The notes beneath the pieces were generated by a model, which ran no database searches, was not told the origin of the DNA, and worked only from the letters and a program-made list of their open reading frames with translations. From Candidatus Dormiibacterota bacterium (GTDB lineage Bacteria; Chloroflexota; Dormibacteria; Dormibacterales; Dormibacteraceae): 44,244 nucleotides of DNA. Numbering within the stretch: the first letter of the stretch is position 1; each line of letters begins with the position of its first letter. The position numbers and the translations under genes are program-made. Shown piece after piece: positions 41,748 to 44,244 of this stretch. The DNA lies in the NCBI GenBank assembly GCA_036565325.1, contig DATCNF010000133.1, positions 1 through 44,244 of the forward strand, given 5' to 3'.

Positions 41748-43082
41748 CTAGCTATCAGGTTCGGTGAGCTCGGTACGCAAGAGCTTGCCGCCCTCGCTGC
41801 GGGGCAGGCGGTCGACGAAGACGAAGCGCCTGGGCACCTTGAATCCGGCCAGCCGCTCCCGCGCGAACGCCGCCAGCTCCTCACCGCCGGCTCCCTCGCC
41901 GACGACCCGTGCCTCCAGCACCTGGCCCCAGGTGGGGTCCGGGACCCCGACCACGGCAGCGTCGCGGACCGCGGGGTGGGCGCGGAGCACCTCCTCCACC
42001 TCCAGCGGCTGCACGTTCTCCCCCCCGGTGATGATGGCGTCGTCCAGGCGGCCCGTCACCTCGAGTGCCCCGCCGGCGCGGATCCGGCCGCCGTCGCCGG
42101 ATCGGAATTGGCCTCCTTCGGGCGCCGGCCGGACTGCCGCGTTGACGTAGCCCGGCGACAGGACCGGCCCGCCCACCACGATCTCGCCGTCGACCACCTC
42201 GACGGTGGCTCGCGAATGGGCGAAGCCGGCCGTGCCGGCCAGCTCCTCGGCCGCGCCCGGCGGCACCGTGGCAACTTGTGACCCGGTCTCGCTGAGACCG
42301 TAGGTGGGACAGACCTGGAGGCCCAGGCGCGCCCAGGCGCGCACGTTCTCGGCGGGTGCCGGGGCGCCTCCGAGCAGGATCGCCCGCGCCCGCAGGAGCG
42401 GCTCCAGCCCGCCCGCGTCGAGGAGGCGGACCAGCATGGTCGGAACCAGGGAGAGCAGCGTGCAGCGCTCGCGGGCGAGCGCCTCCAGCACCCGTTCCGC
42501 GTCGAATCGCTCCAGCACCGTGACCGGCTGGTTGGAGACCGCCGAGCGGACCAGGATCGCCAGCCCGCCCACGTGATGGGGTGCCAGGCAGAGCAGCCAG
42601 CGGTCGTCCGGGGTGGAGGCCAGGCTCTCCTGGCAGCCCTCGGCCGAGGCGAGCAGGTTGGCCGCGGTGAGGCGCACGCCCTTGGGCGGCCCGGTCGTGC
42701 CCGACGTGTAGACGATGCAGGCGTCCCCTTCGGCGCCGCCGGCCGCCCCCTCGCGAAGGGCCGGCTCACCGTCCGCGACCAGCACGCGCGGGCCGCAGTC
42801 GGCCAGCAGGCGTTCGATCACGGATGGGGGCGCCCGCATGGGCAGCGGGACGAAGGCATAGCCCTGGCGCAGGCAGGCGAAGAGGAGCGCGGCGAAGCGG
42901 GCTCCGGCGGGCTCCCGGACCGCGACCCGGTCGCAGGGCTGCACGCCCAGCCGCTGCAGCCGGCGCGCCCAGGCCGTCGCCAGCCCGTCGAGGTCGAACC
43001 AGCTGATCCAGAAGCCCGCGCCGGCATCGACCAGCGCCCGGCGCGGCCCGTCCCTACGGCTCCTCTCCCGCAGTAGGTCCAT
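41748..43082 (-). CDS. menE: O-succinylbenzoate-CoA ligase-like AMP-binding enzyme
   Basis: 444 aa. [35 protein letters not shown]. The short MenE-type length and the position divergent from menB support the call. Confidence 0.75.
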   Translation of the reverse strand: MDLLRERSRRDGPRRALVDAGAGFWISWFDLDGLATAWARRLQRLGVQPCDRVAVREPAGARFAALLFACLRQGYAFVPLPMRAPPSVIERLLADCGPRVLVADGEPALREGAAGGAEGDACIVYTSGTTGPPKGVRLTAANLLASAEGCQESLASTPDDRWLLCLAPHHVGGLAILVRSAVSNQPVTVLERFDAERVLEALARERCTLLSLVPTMLVRLLDAGGLEPLLRARAILLGGAPAPAENVRAWARLGLQVCPTYGLSETGSQVATVPPGAAEELAGTAGFAHSRATVEVVDGEIVVGGPVLSPGYVNAAVRPAPEGGQFRSGDGGRIRAGGALEVTGRLDDAIITGGENVQPLEVEEVLRAHPAVRDAAVVGVPDPTWGQVLEARVVGEGAGGEELAAFARERLAGFKVPRRFVFVDRLPRSEGGKLLRTELTEPDS

Positions 43083-43128
43083 GGAGTACGATCAGCACGT
43101 TACTAGCAATCGCTCTAGGAGTGCTGAC

Positions 43129-43947
43129 TTGTACGATTGGGTGCGCAGCGGCGAGTACGAGGACATCCTCTACGAGACCCTGGATGGGGCCATCGCCAAG
43201 ATCACGATCAACCGCCCGGAGGTGCGCAACGCCTTCCGGCCCACCACCCTGTTCGAGCTCGGCCACGCCTTCAACGTGGCCCGCGACGACCCCCAGGTCG
43301 GGGTCGTCATCCTGACGGGAGCCGGCGACCAGGCCTTCTGCTCGGGCGGCGACCAGCGCATCCGGGGCGACGACGGCTACCGCGACCCCAAGGGCGTCGG
43401 CCGCCTCAACGTGCTCGACCTCCAGGTCCAGATCCGGCGCACACCCAAGCCGGTGGTCGCGATGGTCGCCGGCTACGCGATCGGCGGCGGCCACGTCCTC
43501 CACATCGTCTGCGACCTCACGATCGCCGCCGACAACGCCCGCTTCGGGCAGACCGGGCCCCGGGTCGGCAGCTTCGACGGCGGGTACGGTTCGGGCCTGC
43601 TGGCGCGGATCGTGGGCCAGAAGAAAGCGCGCGAGATCTGGCTGCTCTGCGAGCAGTACGACGCCCAGGAGGCGCTCCAGATGGGTCTCGTCAACAAGGT
43701 GGTGCCGCTGGCCGACCTGGAGCGGGAGACCGTGGCCTGGAGCCGGAAGATGCTCGAGCACAGCCCCCTCGCCCTGCGCATGATCAAGGCCAGCATGAAC
43801 GCGGCCGACGACGGGTTGGCGGGGATCCAGCAGCTGGCCGGCGACGCCACGCTCCTCTACTACATGAGCGAGGAGGCGCAGGAGGGCCGCGACGCCTACG
43901 TCAACAAGCGGCCGCCCGACTTCTCGAAGTTCCCCAAGCGTCCCTAG
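43129..43947 (+). CDS. menB: 1,4-dihydroxy-2-naphthoyl-CoA synthase
   Basis: [58 protein letters not shown] are MenB hallmarks. I prefer TTG 43129 (AGGAG 7 nt upstream) over ATG 43081, because the first 16 codons from 43081 have unusually low GC3. Confidence 0.9.
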   Translation: MYDWVRSGEYEDILYETLDGAIAKITINRPEVRNAFRPTTLFELGHAFNVARDDPQVGVVILTGAGDQAFCSGGDQRIRGDDGYRDPKGVGRLNVLDLQVQIRRTPKPVVAMVAGYAIGGGHVLHIVCDLTIAADNARFGQTGPRVGSFDGGYGSGLLARIVGQKKAREIWLLCEQYDAQEALQMGLVNKVVPLADLERETVAWSRKMLEHSPLALRMIKASMNAADDGLAGIQQLAGDATLLYYMSEEAQEGRDAYVNKRPPDFSKFPKRP

Positions 43948-43957
43948 GACGCGGCCA

Positions 43958-44244
43958 ATGCAGGTGGTCGAGATGCGTCCCGCCCTCACCCCGGCCCGGG
44001 TCTGGTGGCTGGCTGCCCGGCCGGCCACCCTCGCCGCTTCGGTGTCCCCGGTGCTGGTGGGGACGGCGGTCGCGGTCCACGGCGGCGGCGCCCGCTTCGG
44101 CGCCGGGATCGCCGCGCTGGTGGTCGCCATCGCGATGCAGCTGGGCGTCAACTACGCCAACGACTACTCCGACTTCGTGCGCGGCGCCGACACCCCGCGC
44201 CGGCGGGGCCCCGTGCGCGCGGCCGCCTCGGGCCTGGTGCCACC
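43958..44244 (+). CDS. menA: 1,4-dihydroxy-2-naphthoate polyprenyltransferase, 3' end cut by window edge
   Basis: ATG 43958 opens MQVVEMRPALTPARVWWLAARPATLAASVSPVLVG...QLGVNYANDYSDFVRGAD, the UbiA-fold MenA N-terminus with the NDYxD motif. The frame stays open to the window end, so it is absent from the ORF track. Confidence 0.85.
   Translation, partial: MQVVEMRPALTPARVWWLAARPATLAASVSPVLVGTAVAVHGGGARFGAGIAALVVAIAMQLGVNYANDYSDFVRGADTPRRRGPVRAAASGLVP

Noticed and set aside
43080-43083. menE and menB appear to start on the same palindromic CATG, with overlapping divergent start codons.
   Set aside because: The first 16 codons from ATG 43081 have strikingly low GC3 (GAT, GTT, ACT, AAT, TCT, AGG, AGT, GCT). 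They contain AGGAG followed after 7 nt by in-frame TTG 43129, which gives a B. subtilis-like MenB N-terminus. More likely 43083-43128 is a normal 46-bp divergent promoter and leader region.

Overview
Very high-GC (by eye about 70% G+C), gene-dense bacterial chromosomal window. I found about 47 protein-coding genes and no rRNA, tRNA, CRISPR array, transposase or integrase. Many neighbouring genes overlap by 1-4 nt (ATGA, GTGA, TTGA, TGATG), so most lie in tightly coupled operons. In order: (1) two carbohydrate-type ABC transporter modules and a MalK-like ATPase (1-5647); (2) an EamA transporter and an APH(6)-like kinase; (3) a minus-strand sugar-acid-like operon of 2-hydroxyacid dehydrogenase, HpcH aldolase, RraA-like aldolase and IlvD/Edd dehydratase (7558-11637); (4) a secreted protein, a DsbA/FrnE-like gene, a lipoprotein, a class-III aminotransferase and a PaaK-like ligase; (5) a secreted GH25/DUF1906-like protein and a GlcD-like FAD oxidase; (6) a 10-gene, 9.1-kb minus-strand operon (19095-28237) of coxG, S9 peptidase, amidase, SAM methyltransferase, TPP E1 alpha, an E1 beta fused to a partial E2 core, a small membrane protein, a lipoyl-E2 and two GNATs; (7) a divergent form-II-type molybdenum hydroxylase cluster coxS-L-M with coxD/coxE/xdhC maturation genes, then nfo, a MocA-like gene, a second PaaK-like ligase, an acyl-CoA synthetase and an LLM oxidoreductase; (8) menE, menB and menA. 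Main points for follow-up: (a) the DsbA/FrnE gene has an in-frame TGA exactly at the first Cys of its CxxC motif, followed by a SECIS-like hairpin, so it is a candidate selenoprotein that ORF calling truncated. (b) The 2-oxoacid dehydrogenase module is atypical. E1 beta is fused to a half E2 core that keeps the catalytic DHRxxDG motif, while the lipoyl-E2 has Arg in place of the catalytic His and has no peripheral-subunit-binding domain. (c) A family of CCTCCCC/GGGGAGG (anti-SD/SD) hairpin repeats shows compensatory stem changes. It occurs in intergenic spacers, as an in-frame interdomain linker, and as a coding tail that sequesters the next gene's ribosome-binding site. (d) A 179-bp tandem duplication at the coxL/coxM junction creates a 60-aa ORF that copies the CoxL C-terminal tail, with mostly synonymous divergence. 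(e) Several divergent gene pairs are separated by only 19-23 bp, with TA-rich hexamers 6-9 nt from SD-less start codons, which suggests leaderless transcription. All functional calls come from reading the translated ORFs by eye. No database search was run.
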